Of a stretch of DNA of 64,000 nt, positions 11,000 to 21,010 are shown piece by piece (within the stretch, counting starts at the first letter, position 1; each line of letters begins with the position of its first letter). The DNA comes from Spirochaetia bacterium (GTDB lineage Bacteria; Spirochaetota; Spirochaetia; CAKZLE01): NCBI GenBank assembly GCA_963677595.1, contig OY782041.1:2240001-2304000 (forward strand), read 5' to 3'. The notes under the pieces were generated by a model. The model saw nothing but the letters and a program-made list of their open reading frames with translations. It did not search any database and was not told the origin of the DNA. Position numbers and translations under genes: made by a program.

Positions 11000-11848
11000 T
11001 TGCAGAAGAGTAAGCACGATCAGGAAGAGATGGAACTCAAGCTTCTCCTCAATGGGGTATACGAACAGTATGGCTATGACTTCCGCTCCTATACCCAGGC
11101 CTCGATCATGCGCAGGGTCAAGAACTTCATGCAGGACCGCGGGTTCCTCCATATCTCAGAATGCATCCCTTCGGTCCTCCATGATGATGAGGCCCTCTCG
11201 GATTTCGTCCAGTATATATCGGTCCCTGTTTCCGAGATGTTCCGGGACCCAGCCGTCTATCGGGAACTTCGGGAGAACATCTTCCCTCGCCTGAGGACTT
11301 ATCCCCATATTAAGATCTGGTCAGCCGGCTGTGCGACGGGGGAAGAGGCGTATTCCCTTGCGATCATGGCGGTGGAAGAAGGCCTGGAGCAGAAGGTGAC
11401 GATCTATGGGACGGATTTCAATGACAAGGTGCTTGATACCGCAAGAAAAGGCATCTTCAACATCTCGCGGGTGAAGGAGTTCACCCAGAACTATATACAG
11501 TCAGGAGGAATGGAGGAGTTCTCCCGATACTACCATTCTGCCTACAACTCAGTCGTGATGAATGACAGGCTGAAGAAGCTCATCTTCTTCTCGAACCATA
11601 ACCTGGTGAGTGACTCAGCCTTCGGTGAGATGCAGCTGGTCCTCTGCCGGAATGTGCTCATCTATCTCAACCATGACCTGCAGGTAAAGGTGCTGCACCT
11701 GCTGACAGAGAGTCTCAACCATTGGGGATTCTTGTGTATCGGGACACATGAGAGCCTGAGGTTCAATTCCTACAGTGAATTTTACTCAATCATCGATGAG
11801 AAGAAGAAGATATTCCAGCGGGATAACTACCGGGGGATAGGCTCATGA
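11000..11848 (+). CDS. cheR: Protein-glutamate O-methyltransferase CheR
   Basis: YGYDFRSY, MFRDP, IWSAGCATGEEAYSLA, CRNVLIY. Confidence 0.93.
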   Translation: MQKSKHDQEEMELKLLLNGVYEQYGYDFRSYTQASIMRRVKNFMQDRGFLHISECIPSVLHDDEALSDFVQYISVPVSEMFRDPAVYRELRENIFPRLRTYPHIKIWSAGCATGEEAYSLAIMAVEEGLEQKVTIYGTDFNDKVLDTARKGIFNISRVKEFTQNYIQSGGMEEFSRYYHSAYNSVVMNDRLKKLIFFSNHNLVSDSAFGEMQLVLCRNVLIYLNHDLQVKVLHLLTESLNHWGFLCIGTHESLRFNSYSEFYSIIDEKKKIFQRDNYRGIGS

Positions 11849-12417
11849 GGCTCGTCGTGGTCGGGACTTCGATGGGAGGGATCGAGACTCTGTCTACCCT
11901 CCTTGGATCACTGCAGGCTGACTTTCCCCTGCCAGTCGCCGTCGTGCAGCATATGGGCAAAGGTGTGCAGGTGTCGTTGGCTGACCTGTTCAGGAGCAGG
12001 ACGAAGCTTCGGGTGTATGAGGGTGAGCCCCTACAGCCCCTGCAGCCTGGGTCAGTCTATCTGGCACCGGTCGATTACCATATGCTTATCGAGAAGGATA
12101 TGACGATCTCCCTCTCACTCGATGAGAAGGTGAACTATTCGAGGCCATCCATAGATGTCCTGTTCGAGAGTGCTGCATACTCGGTCGGGGCTGGCGTTAT
12201 CGGGGTTCTCCTGACGGGTGCAAGCAGGGACGGGGCTTTAGGTGTCAGGGCGATCAAGGAAGCCGGCGGGTTCGTGATCGTGGAATCGCCTGAGACCGCT
12301 ATCTGTTCCTTCATGCCCCGGAAGGCCCTTGAAGTGGTGAAAGCAGATTATGTACTGCCGGTCAACGAGATCGGCTCGCTTCTCTGCAGCCTGACAGGAG
12401 TGACTCATGAGCCGTGA
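11845..12417 (+). CDS. cheB: CheB-type methylesterase (catalytic domain only, no REC)
   Basis: VVGTSMGG, VQHM, RPSIDVLFES, LTGASRDGA (Ser/His/Asp triad). Confidence 0.9.
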   Translation: MRLVVVGTSMGGIETLSTLLGSLQADFPLPVAVVQHMGKGVQVSLADLFRSRTKLRVYEGEPLQPLQPGSVYLAPVDYHMLIEKDMTISLSLDEKVNYSRPSIDVLFESAAYSVGAGVIGVLLTGASRDGALGVRAIKEAGGFVIVESPETAICSFMPRKALEVVKADYVLPVNEIGSLLCSLTGVTHEP

Positions 12418-14113
12418 CCAGAACATACTTATCGTTGATGATACTGTGGAGAACTTGGTGATCCTTGAACGGGTACTGAGAAGACTGCCGGTACAGATCA
12501 TAAAAGCATCGAGCGGGGAAGATGCCCTTAAAGCGGCTTTGAACAATAAGATTGCCCTTGCCCTCCTTGATGTGCAGATGCCGGGGATGGACGGCTATGA
12601 ACTTGCGAATCTCCTGCGTGACCAGGAGGAGTTCGCCAACCTTCCGATCATCTTCATCTCGGCGGTGTTCTCTGACGAGGAACATATATTCAAGGGGTAT
12701 GAATCAGGGGCGGTGGATTTCATCGTGAAGCCGTTCAACCCCGCGCATCTGTTAGCCAAGGTGCAGGTATTCCTGGACCTGAATGAGATGACCCTCGAGC
12801 TGGAGAATAAGGTACGGGAGCTCCAGGCCTCCGAGAACAGGTTCCAAACCCTCGTGAGGACCATCCCTGATATCGTGTACCGAATCAACCCGCAGGGAGA
12901 GTTTATCTTCGTCAATAAGGCGGTATCAATCCTCGGCTATGTGCCGGAAGAGCTGCTGGGAAAGCACTTCAGTACCATCATCCATCCTGATGATGTGATG
13001 AACGTAAGTCGAGACCTGGTCCTGGAACGGATGAAACGGGATTCACTTCCCGGCATCCCGTCACCCAAGCTCTTCGATGAGCGAAGGAATGGGAATCGGG
13101 CTACCTATGAGCTTGAGCTGCGCCTGGTAGGCAGGCAGCAGGCTGCCAGGGAGGAGATCTTCGTTGAGGTAAGCAGCTCCGGGATCCATCACTATACGTT
13201 CAAGGGGAAGCATCTTTCCTTCCTCGGGTCTGTAGGGGTCATCCGTGATATCTCAGCCAGGAAGAGGACTGAAGACGAACTGAACAACTACCGTGAGAAC
13301 CTTGAACTGCTCGTGGAAGAACGCACCCGGAAGCTGGAGATCGAGACGAAAGAGCATTATGAATCAGATCAGGAACGGCAACGGTTAGAGGCTATGCTCA
13401 TGCAGCAGCAGAGGCTGGAATCCATCGGTACGCTGGCCGGCGGAGTAGCCCATGAGATCAACAACCCGATAAACGGCATCATGAACTATGCCCAGCTGAT
13501 CGTCGATATGGTGGATGACGAGGAAGGGACCGAGTTCGCCAGAGCGATCATCGAGGAGACAGAACGGGTCGCCAAGATCGTACGGAACCTCCTGCAGTTT
13601 GCCAGGGCTGACAACAAGAGCATCATGGAGCAAACGCCTCCTTCTGAGATGATCAACTATGTGGTGACCCTGGTGAAGACGATCATGCGCCATGACCAGA
13701 TCACGCTGGTCATCGATGACGTTCACGGGGACCTGCCCGAGATCTCCTGCCAGCGCAACGAGATCGAGCAGGTCCTGATGAATCTCATGACGAATGCCTG
13801 CGATGCACTCAACAGCCGGTATCCCGGTTATGACGAGAACAAGGTGATCCGTGTGTCGGCTGAGGAGGGGGTCCTGGACGGGAAGCCTTCGATGGTGTTC
13901 TGCATCGAGGACCATGGTACCGGTATCACGGAGAATGCGCTCCAGCATATCTTCGAACCGTTCTTCACCACGAAGGACCGTACCAAGGGGACAGGCCTGG
14001 GGCTTTCCATCAGCCATGGGATAGTCAAGAAGCATCATGGGGAGCTGCGGGTCGAGACAGAACTGGGGAATTATACCAGGTTCCTCTTGGAATTGCCTGT
14101 AGAGCAGGGATAA
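12407..14113 (+). CDS. Cytoplasmic hybrid kinase REC-PAS-HisKA-HATPase
   Basis: ILIVDD/DVQMPGMDG; PAS; AGGVAHEINNP; FFTTK, GTGLGL. Confidence 0.9.
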   Translation: MSRDQNILIVDDTVENLVILERVLRRLPVQIIKASSGEDALKAALNNKIALALLDVQMPGMDGYELANLLRDQEEFANLPIIFISAVFSDEEHIFKGYESGAVDFIVKPFNPAHLLAKVQVFLDLNEMTLELENKVRELQASENRFQTLVRTIPDIVYRINPQGEFIFVNKAVSILGYVPEELLGKHFSTIIHPDDVMNVSRDLVLERMKRDSLPGIPSPKLFDERRNGNRATYELELRLVGRQQAAREEIFVEVSSSGIHHYTFKGKHLSFLGSVGVIRDISARKRTEDELNNYRENLELLVEERTRKLEIETKEHYESDQERQRLEAMLMQQQRLESIGTLAGGVAHEINNPINGIMNYAQLIVDMVDDEEGTEFARAIIEETERVAKIVRNLLQFARADNKSIMEQTPPSEMINYVVTLVKTIMRHDQITLVIDDVHGDLPEISCQRNEIEQVLMNLMTNACDALNSRYPGYDENKVIRVSAEEGVLDGKPSMVFCIEDHGTGITENALQHIFEPFFTTKDRTKGTGLGLSISHGIVKKHHGELRVETELGNYTRFLLELPVEQG

Positions 14114-14189
14114 GACTATATCGGTGCAGCAGAAAAAATGCTGATGTGTGCAGTGATGTGAATGAACAGGCAAGAAGGAGAAAGATCCT

Positions 14190-14720
14190 ATGATCTTGAG
14201 AAAATGCAGTATTTGCCAGGCTGAACTTGGCCCGCCGTTGGAACCGGAGGTCCCTGAAATACATATCTCCCATGGGATCTGCCGGGATTGCCTGGATGGG
14301 TATCTTAAGGGGGCGGGGATGCCTATGGAAGAGTTCCTTAATGAGCTTCCTGTCCCGATCTTCGTCGTGGATGGGGACGGCAGGGTCCAGGGAGCGAACC
14401 TGCTCGGCAGAGAGACCGTCTCGAAGGACCTCGACCAGATAGCAGGATATCTTGGCGGCGAGGTGTTCCAATGCCATTATGCGACGCTTCCCGGTGGATG
14501 CGGCCAAACACTTCACTGTAAGAGCTGTGTGATCAGGAATACGGTCATGAAGACCTATGAGACGGGGGAGGCCTGTATCAGGGTACCGGCCTGCCAGGAT
14601 CTGGATACGTTCGAAGGCCCAAGAACGATCCGGTTTCTTATCTCTTCTGAGAAGGCCGAGGATGTGGTACTCCTGTTCATAGACGACATGAAGCCGCTTG
14701 CTGACCAGGAAGGGTCATAG
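14190..14720 (+). CDS. Hypothetical Cys-rich protein with PAS-like domain
   Basis: CSIC...SHGICRDC then PIFVVDGDGRV..AN; C-x8-CG-x4-CxxC cluster; RBS AAGGAG. Confidence 0.7.
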   Translation: MILRKCSICQAELGPPLEPEVPEIHISHGICRDCLDGYLKGAGMPMEEFLNELPVPIFVVDGDGRVQGANLLGRETVSKDLDQIAGYLGGEVFQCHYATLPGGCGQTLHCKSCVIRNTVMKTYETGEACIRVPACQDLDTFEGPRTIRFLISSEKAEDVVLLFIDDMKPLADQEGS

Positions 14721-14804
14721 GGACCCTACAAGCAATCAACATCTACCAGGGAACCATGAGAATAAGTACAGACTGCCAATTCCATAGTACGATTGAGGTG
14801 ATGC

Positions 14805-17582
14805 ATGAGAGATGCCAAGTCAGGGAAGCACAAACACAGCAGGTTAAATCGCCAGTTCACGGTCGTCATCTCCATCTTCGTAAGTATTACCATCCTGATA
14901 TTCCTCCTGAGTATGCTTTCCTCGGCCCTCCTGAACTCAGCCCGGATATTCGTCCATGGGGAAGCACTCTGGGCAAAGGCCCAGAAAGATGCCTTCATCA
15001 GTCTCTATCGATATACCTACTCGGGTGACCCGGCTGATTACATGTCATACGAGGAGTCCATGGAGATCATCCTCAATGACCGCATCGCCAGGGATGCGCT
15101 TCTGGGCAGACGAGCTGACTGGGAAACTGCTTGGCAGGGATTCATCGCCGGCGGGTTCGAACCGGAAGACTTGCGGTATTCGCTCCCGACACTGCATTAT
15201 TTCCACTCACTGCCGTACCTGCGGGATGCCGTGGCGATCTGGCAGGGGACAGACAGCCTGGTCATGGAGATCCGCAGCCTGGCTGAAGAGGTCCAGTGTG
15301 AGTGCAGCATCGAGGAGATGTCGTCCGATGCCCTGGCTGCGCTTCGGGTACGGCTGTTTGACATGAACAGGGACTTATCAGCACTGGAGCGGGAGTTCTC
15401 CCTCTCCGTTCGGGAAGCGGCCACGTGGATCATGCGCATGTTCTCGAGACTCACCATCAGCATCCTCCTCGGGGCCCTCGGGATCGGCCTGTTCATTTCA
15501 AGGAAGATCATCCACGGTATCAACATGACACTCGATAACGAGCGTGATGCCCTGATCAAGTCTGCCGAACTCGAACGTGAGGCCAATGCCGCCAAGTCGA
15601 TCTTCATCGCCACGATGAGCCATGAGATACGTACTCCCATGAACGCGATCCTGGGGATGGCGGACCTCCTGCAGGATGCTGACATTTCAGCGGAACAGAG
15701 GGGGTATGTCGATACGATCCATTCTTCCGGTGTCGTCCTCCTCGATCTCATCAATGATATCCTCGATTTCTCGAAGGTCGAGTCCGGCCGACTTGACCTC
15801 GAATACATCAGCTTCGATATCGAGTACCTGGTCAACGAGATCGTGACGCTCCTTGATGTGAAAGCTGCTGAGAAGGGCCTTGAACTGATCGTGGACTTCG
15901 GGCCTGAGTGTCCCCGGTATGTGAAGAGTGACCCCGGGAGGATCCGGCAGATCCTGATCAACCTGCTCGGGAATGCCATCAAGTTCACAGAGAAGGGACA
16001 TGTCCTGCTGCGGGTGCGGCAGGCGGCTGCTGAAGGGATGAACACCACGCTGCAGTTCTCAGTCGAGGATACCGGTATCGGGATAGCAGAAGCTGACCAG
16101 GTACGGCTCTTTGACGCCTTCGTCCAGGTCGATACCGGTACCGACCGTCAGTACGAGGGCACCGGGCTTGGGCTTGCCATCAGCAGGCGGCTGGTCGATC
16201 TCTTCAAGGGGAGTATCGAGGTAGAGAGTGAAACGGGTGTCGGTTCTCGCTTTATGGTGAAGATCCCGATGGAAATCACCGAGAAACAGGAAAGACTGGC
16301 TGAAGCCGATCTCATGGGCGTTCGGATCCTCGTGGTCGATGACTATGAGGCGAACCGAACCGTCTTCGAGGGGCAGCTCCAAGCCTTCGGCATGGACGTG
16401 GAAACTATTCCTGGAGGACAGGCTGCGCTTGATCTCCTGCACGAATCTGCTGCCCAGGGGAAGCTCTTCGATATCATATTGACGGACCAGAACATGCCGG
16501 GAATGGACGGCCTCTCCCTCACGAAGAGGATCAAGTCTGATCCGGAGATCTCCCCTGCAGTGGTTGTCGTCACCTCTTCAGGCCATCGGGGCGATGTGAC
16601 GACCTTCCTCAATGCCGGGGCAGCCGGGTACCTGATCAAACCGGTAGAGCGGCAGAAACTCTATGAACTCCTGGCAAAGGTGCTCGGGGGCAGGGGAAAG
16701 CCCGATGTACCGTTCATCACGTACCACCAGCTCTCTGAAGGGGCCCGGAGTGCCTATCTGACAAGGAGAAGACGGTTCTCAGGACGGGTCCTCGTTGCAG
16801 AGGACACTCCTGCGAATGTGGTGCTCCTGAGGACCCTCCTCCACCGATTGGGCTTGAGTATCGTCGTTGCCAATGATGGGAAAGAAGCTGTCGATATCTA
16901 TCATCGGGAGGCGCTGGATCTCATCTTCATGGACCTCCGCATGCCGAACATGGACGGTCTCGAGGCAGCCGGGATCATCAGGGAAGAGGAGAGGGAGACG
17001 GGGAAACACCTCCCGATCATCGCGGTGACTGCTGACGTGGTACCGCAGACGAGGGTGGAGACCGAACAGGCCGGGCTTGACGGGTTCATCATCAAACCCT
17101 TCAGGAGGGAAGACATCATCGAAGTAGTGGCGACGTACCTCCCTGAGTATACAGAGTCGGGCCCGGAGTCCTTGAGATCTCCCGGTGCAGGAGGATCGTC
17201 AGCGGCTCTCCCGGCAGGGGAGGCGGTATCGATGGAACAGATAGGGTTGATGCAGGAAGAACTCGGAGAGGAATTCCCCATATTCCTGCAGGCCTATCTT
17301 GACGGTACCCGGGATTCGATCTCCGAGATGCGTGAGAGCTATGAGAACAAAGACCTGAGGACCCTGCTGCGGGCAGCCCACAGCATCAAGTCCTCGAGCC
17401 TCAATGCAGGGGCTGTACGTTTGTCAACCCTTGCAAAAGCACTGGAAAATGAGGTAAAAGAGAATCAGCTTGGTGATGTCATGACTCGGATCGATGAGCT
17501 GGAACGAGAGTTCGAGCGGGTCATGCATGCACTGGATCAGCAACACGGAGGAGCCTGCGATAATGAATATACTCATAGCTGA
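14805..17582 (+). CDS. Membrane hybrid histidine kinase (HisKA-HATPase-REC-REC-HPt)
   Basis: MSHEIRTPMN, NLLGNAIKFT, two REC domains, HPt AAHSIKSSS. Confidence 0.92.
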   Translation: MRDAKSGKHKHSRLNRQFTVVISIFVSITILIFLLSMLSSALLNSARIFVHGEALWAKAQKDAFISLYRYTYSGDPADYMSYEESMEIILNDRIARDALLGRRADWETAWQGFIAGGFEPEDLRYSLPTLHYFHSLPYLRDAVAIWQGTDSLVMEIRSLAEEVQCECSIEEMSSDALAALRVRLFDMNRDLSALEREFSLSVREAATWIMRMFSRLTISILLGALGIGLFISRKIIHGINMTLDNERDALIKSAELEREANAAKSIFIATMSHEIRTPMNAILGMADLLQDADISAEQRGYVDTIHSSGVVLLDLINDILDFSKVESGRLDLEYISFDIEYLVNEIVTLLDVKAAEKGLELIVDFGPECPRYVKSDPGRIRQILINLLGNAIKFTEKGHVLLRVRQAAAEGMNTTLQFSVEDTGIGIAEADQVRLFDAFVQVDTGTDRQYEGTGLGLAISRRLVDLFKGSIEVESETGVGSRFMVKIPMEITEKQERLAEADLMGVRILVVDDYEANRTVFEGQLQAFGMDVETIPGGQAALDLLHESAAQGKLFDIILTDQNMPGMDGLSLTKRIKSDPEISPAVVVVTSSGHRGDVTTFLNAGAAGYLIKPVERQKLYELLAKVLGGRGKPDVPFITYHQLSEGARSAYLTRRRRFSGRVLVAEDTPANVVLLRTLLHRLGLSIVVANDGKEAVDIYHREALDLIFMDLRMPNMDGLEAAGIIREEERETGKHLPIIAVTADVVPQTRVETEQAGLDGFIIKPFRREDIIEVVATYLPEYTESGPESLRSPGAGGSSAALPAGEAVSMEQIGLMQEELGEEFPIFLQAYLDGTRDSISEMRESYENKDLRTLLRAAHSIKSSSLNAGAVRLSTLAKALENEVKENQLGDVMTRIDELEREFERVMHALDQQHGGACDNEYTHS

Positions 17583-18480
17583 TGATACGGTAAGTGACAG
17601 GATACTGCTCAGGTCCTACCTGAAGAAGATGGGTCATGAGGTCATCGATTTCGGGAATGGTGAGGATGTGGTAGATCATGTCAGTGAGAACTACGCCTCA
17701 CTTGACCTTGTCATCATGGATGTGATGATGCCGGGAATCGACGGGCAGGAAGCGGCACGGCGAATACGGGCACTTGAGGATGAGGAATGGCTGCCTATCA
17801 TATTCTTAAGCGGGCAGACTGAGGACAAGGACCTTGCCGCAGGTATCGATGCAGGTGGGGATGACTATCTTTTCAAGCCGGTCAACAAGACGGTACTGAT
17901 CGCCAAGATGCATGCCATGCAGCGGATCTCGGTCCTGAGGAAGAACCTCTCGGAGAACAAGAGGAGGCTCGAGCGGCTTGTCAACCAGGACGGATTGACC
18001 GGTGCCGCCAACCGCAGGTATCTTGATCTGAGCCTTGATCATGAGCTGCACCGAGCTCGTCGGGAGAAGCTGCCGCTGTCCGTATGCATGATCGATGTGG
18101 ATCACTTCAAACGGTTCAACGACTCCTATGGTCATCTTGCCGGAGATGAGTGTCTCAAGCGGATCGTATCCACCATCTCCACCGTGGTAAGGCGTTCAAG
18201 TGACCTGGTGGCCCGCTATGGAGGGGAGGAGTTCTGCTGTATCCTGCCGAACACTCCGCATCAGGCTGCATTCGAGCTGGCGGAGAAGATACGCTCTGCG
18301 ATCGAGAGCTGTTATATTACCAGGCAGGTCGCAGGGAAGCCTGCTTCGGTGACGGTAAGCATCGGTGTCGCTACGATCGTGCCGGATGGGGATACTACGG
18401 TACGAACCTTGATGGCAAGAGCTGATAAGGCTCTCTACTCGGCTAAGGCATCAGGCCGTAACCAGGTCCAGCAGCAGTAG
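17563..18480 (+). CDS. Response regulator diguanylate cyclase (REC-GGDEF)
   Basis: MNILIADD, DGLTG, RSSD I-site, RYGGEEF; ATG 17563 after GGAGGAG. Confidence 0.92.
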   Translation: MNILIADDTVSDRILLRSYLKKMGHEVIDFGNGEDVVDHVSENYASLDLVIMDVMMPGIDGQEAARRIRALEDEEWLPIIFLSGQTEDKDLAAGIDAGGDDYLFKPVNKTVLIAKMHAMQRISVLRKNLSENKRRLERLVNQDGLTGAANRRYLDLSLDHELHRARREKLPLSVCMIDVDHFKRFNDSYGHLAGDECLKRIVSTISTVVRRSSDLVARYGGEEFCCILPNTPHQAAFELAEKIRSAIESCYITRQVAGKPASVTVSIGVATIVPDGDTTVRTLMARADKALYSAKASGRNQVQQQ

Positions 18481-18486
18481 GCAGGA

Positions 18487-19698
18487 TCACCCCAGGAGGA
18501 AGTCCCTGATGTTCTTATGGATGATGCCGTTCCTGCTGAAATCGAACTTGTCGAGACTCAGCACATATTTGGGATAGTTATCACGGATGCCTTCCAGGAC
18601 GGAGAACTCCCTCTTGATGACATCCTCAGAGGCAAGCAGGTAACAGACCTGGTAATATGCCTTCATGGATCCCTTCTCTGCGACGAAATCTATCTCCTTA
18701 TCCTGGTATTTCCCTATGGTTATCTTGTATCCCCTACGCAGCAGTTCAGTGAAGATGACGTTCTCCAGGACCTTGTCTATATGCTGTAGGTTCTTCCCGT
18801 AGATTGCCTGCCGTAACCCATGGTCAGTGATGAATATCTTCTCCTGGATCTTAAGCAGCTTCTTGCCGACCAGGTCCTGGCGCGGGACTTTGTGGAGCAG
18901 GTATGCCTGTTCACAGGCTGTGATATAATTATATACCGTTTCAGGAGCCACCTTCCTCTGTTCGCTCTTCAGGTAGTCGGAGATGTTCTTGGCAGAGAAA
19001 GTCCTCCCGATATTCGATATGATGTAGACCAGAATTCGTTCCAGGAGTTCCACATCACGGATCCTGTTCCGTTCGATGACATCCTTGAGCAGTACCGATC
19101 CGTAAAGATCTCTCAAGTACTGGATACCAGGGACTTCTTCCAGTGCAAGGTGACCTAAGAACGGCATCCCTCCCAACCGTATGTACCGGGAGAACAGTTC
19201 CTCATCATTTCCTGGGAGACCCAGGGTTGCAGCCTGCTGTGAGAATTCCTTGAACGAGAAAGGGTATACCGCGATCTCTATATACCGCCCTGCCAGGTAC
19301 GTGGCGAGTTCGCCGGAGAGGAGGCTGGCATTCGAACCGGTAATATAGATATCAACGTTGTGATCCACTCGCAGGGAGTTGATGACTTTCTCCCAGCCCT
19401 CCACCTCCTGGATCTCATCGAAGAACAGGTAGTACCGTTCTGTCGGGTCGGTTATCCGGGAATGGATCTCCTCGTACAACCTGTCTGCTGTCCTGAAGCC
19501 AATGGTCTGGTAGGATTCGAAGTTATAGGATAACACTCGGGCCCCGTCCACCCCTCCATTAACGATGTGCTCTTGTATCTGTTCCAGCAGCACCGATTTC
19601 CCGGTTCTTCGCATGCCGACCAGGACTTTGATGATATCCTTATCGATGAATGGAAGGATCCTCTCTACATACTGATCCCTGTATATGATGGTATTCAT
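18487..19698 (-). CDS. AAA_14 ATP-binding protein with C-terminal DUF4143 (nuclease-like) domain
   Basis: Walker A GMRRTGKS, Walker B FFDEIQ, ITGSNA, EIDFVAEK..YYQV. Confidence 0.88.
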   Translation of the reverse strand: MNTIIYRDQYVERILPFIDKDIIKVLVGMRRTGKSVLLEQIQEHIVNGGVDGARVLSYNFESYQTIGFRTADRLYEEIHSRITDPTERYYLFFDEIQEVEGWEKVINSLRVDHNVDIYITGSNASLLSGELATYLAGRYIEIAVYPFSFKEFSQQAATLGLPGNDEELFSRYIRLGGMPFLGHLALEEVPGIQYLRDLYGSVLLKDVIERNRIRDVELLERILVYIISNIGRTFSAKNISDYLKSEQRKVAPETVYNYITACEQAYLLHKVPRQDLVGKKLLKIQEKIFITDHGLRQAIYGKNLQHIDKVLENVIFTELLRRGYKITIGKYQDKEIDFVAEKGSMKAYYQVCYLLASEDVIKREFSVLEGIRDNYPKYVLSLDKFDFSRNGIIHKNIRDFLLG

Positions 19699-19762
19699 AG
19701 TATACCCCTCTTGACAGGTCATAGTATAACACAGTTATATCTTAAAATATATGAATCATAGA

Positions 19763-19792
19763 TAAAAGTTTCAGTTATAACTGAAACTTTTA
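19763..19792. repeat. Perfect 30-bp palindrome between arcC and the ATPase gene
   Basis: TAAAAGTTTCAGTTA|TAACTGAAACTTTTA. Confidence 0.9.
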
Positions 19793-19867
19793 GATGAGAT
19801 ACAAAACCTGCCTGGTATATGAGAACCTGCCTCCCAGAAATCACCTGTGGAAATGAGACCTGATCGC

Positions 19868-20818
19868 CTATCCCTGGTTGCTGATATAGGTCCCCGTCAA
19901 TCCTGCAATAGCATCCGAGAGGTGTGCCGGGTCAGTGATGATCCCGTCCTTCCCGGTAGCCTCGACGAAGTCTATGATCGCCTCGATCTTGGGGAGCATG
20001 CTTCCCGGGGCGAAATGGCCCTGTGAGGAGAGCTCCTTCAGCTGTGCGGTCGTCACCCGGTCGAGGGACTGCTGGTCAGGCTTCCCGTAGTTCGTGTACA
20101 CCTTCTCGACCCCGGTCGAGATGATCATCAGGTCGGCATCAAGGGACCTGGCCAGGAGCGCGGCAGCATAGTCCTTGTCGATGACCGCTTCCTTCGCTAC
20201 CAGCCCATCTTCGGCTTCCACCACCGGGATCCCGCCGCCTCCGGCGGCGATGACCAGGGTGCCCTGGTCAAGCAGCCCGCGGATGGAATCGAGCTCGATG
20301 ATCTCCTTCGGGCGGGGGGAGGGGACAACACGACGATAGCCGCGACCGGCATCCTCCACGATATGCCAGCCCTCTTCGGCCTGCAGCTTATGTGCTTCCG
20401 CCTCATCCATGAAGGAACCGATCGGTTTCGTCGGGTTCCTGAAGGAGGGATCATCCTCATCGACCCTGACCTGGGTGACCACGGTTGCCACGGGGTACTT
20501 CATCCCGACGGTCCTGAACTCATTGTAGAGCCCGATCTGCAGGTTGTAGCCGATAGCACCCTGCGTGTCCGCCACGCAGCAGTCGAGGGGTACGGCATGG
20601 AGGATAGGCCTCGCGTATTCAGCCCTCCTGAGGATGAACCCCACCTGGGGGCCGTTCCCATGGACGATCACGACCCTATGTCCCTGCTGTATGAGCCGCA
20701 CGATATGGGAAGCGGTCTTCCTGGCAGCATCGAACTGGGCTGCTACCGTGATGTGTCTCGAGTCCTCGATGAGCGAGTTACCGCCTATGGCGATGACGAT
20801 GCAGGCTTTCTGTTCCAT
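19868..20818 (-). CDS. arcC: Carbamate kinase
   Basis: AIGGNSL, HGNGPQVG, PTKPIG, GYRRVVPSP, AVIDKD, GSMLPK. Confidence 0.95.
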   Translation of the reverse strand: MEQKACIVIAIGGNSLIEDSRHITVAAQFDAARKTASHIVRLIQQGHRVVIVHGNGPQVGFILRRAEYARPILHAVPLDCCVADTQGAIGYNLQIGLYNEFRTVGMKYPVATVVTQVRVDEDDPSFRNPTKPIGSFMDEAEAHKLQAEEGWHIVEDAGRGYRRVVPSPRPKEIIELDSIRGLLDQGTLVIAAGGGGIPVVEAEDGLVAKEAVIDKDYAAALLARSLDADLMIISTGVEKVYTNYGKPDQQSLDRVTTAQLKELSSQGHFAPGSMLPKIEAIIDFVEATGKDGIITDPAHLSDAIAGLTGTYISNQG

Positions 20819-20840
20819 GGGTGCCTCCCGTATATGCGAA

Positions 20841-20891
20841 ATACTTGTATATACAACTACCTATTGTATGCGGGAACACGGAAGAGTTCAA
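20841..20891 (-). promoter_or_regulatory. arcC sigma70 promoter with downstream palindromic operator
   Basis: Minus strand TTGAAC-N17-TACAAT (20891-20863), then TTGTATATACAA palindrome at 20845-20856. Confidence 0.65.
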
Positions 20892-21010
20892 GTAGGGATT
20901 GAACACGTGTTAAGCTTTTTCCCCAGTGACATGTGTAGATTTTGTAACTTATTATAGCAAAACAAAAAGGAATATGGTGTGACGTGCCTGCCAGTCTGGT
21001 ATGGCATAGA

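Noticed and set aside
11000-12417. Chemotaxis operon
   Set aside because: No cheA, cheW, cheY or MCP in the cluster
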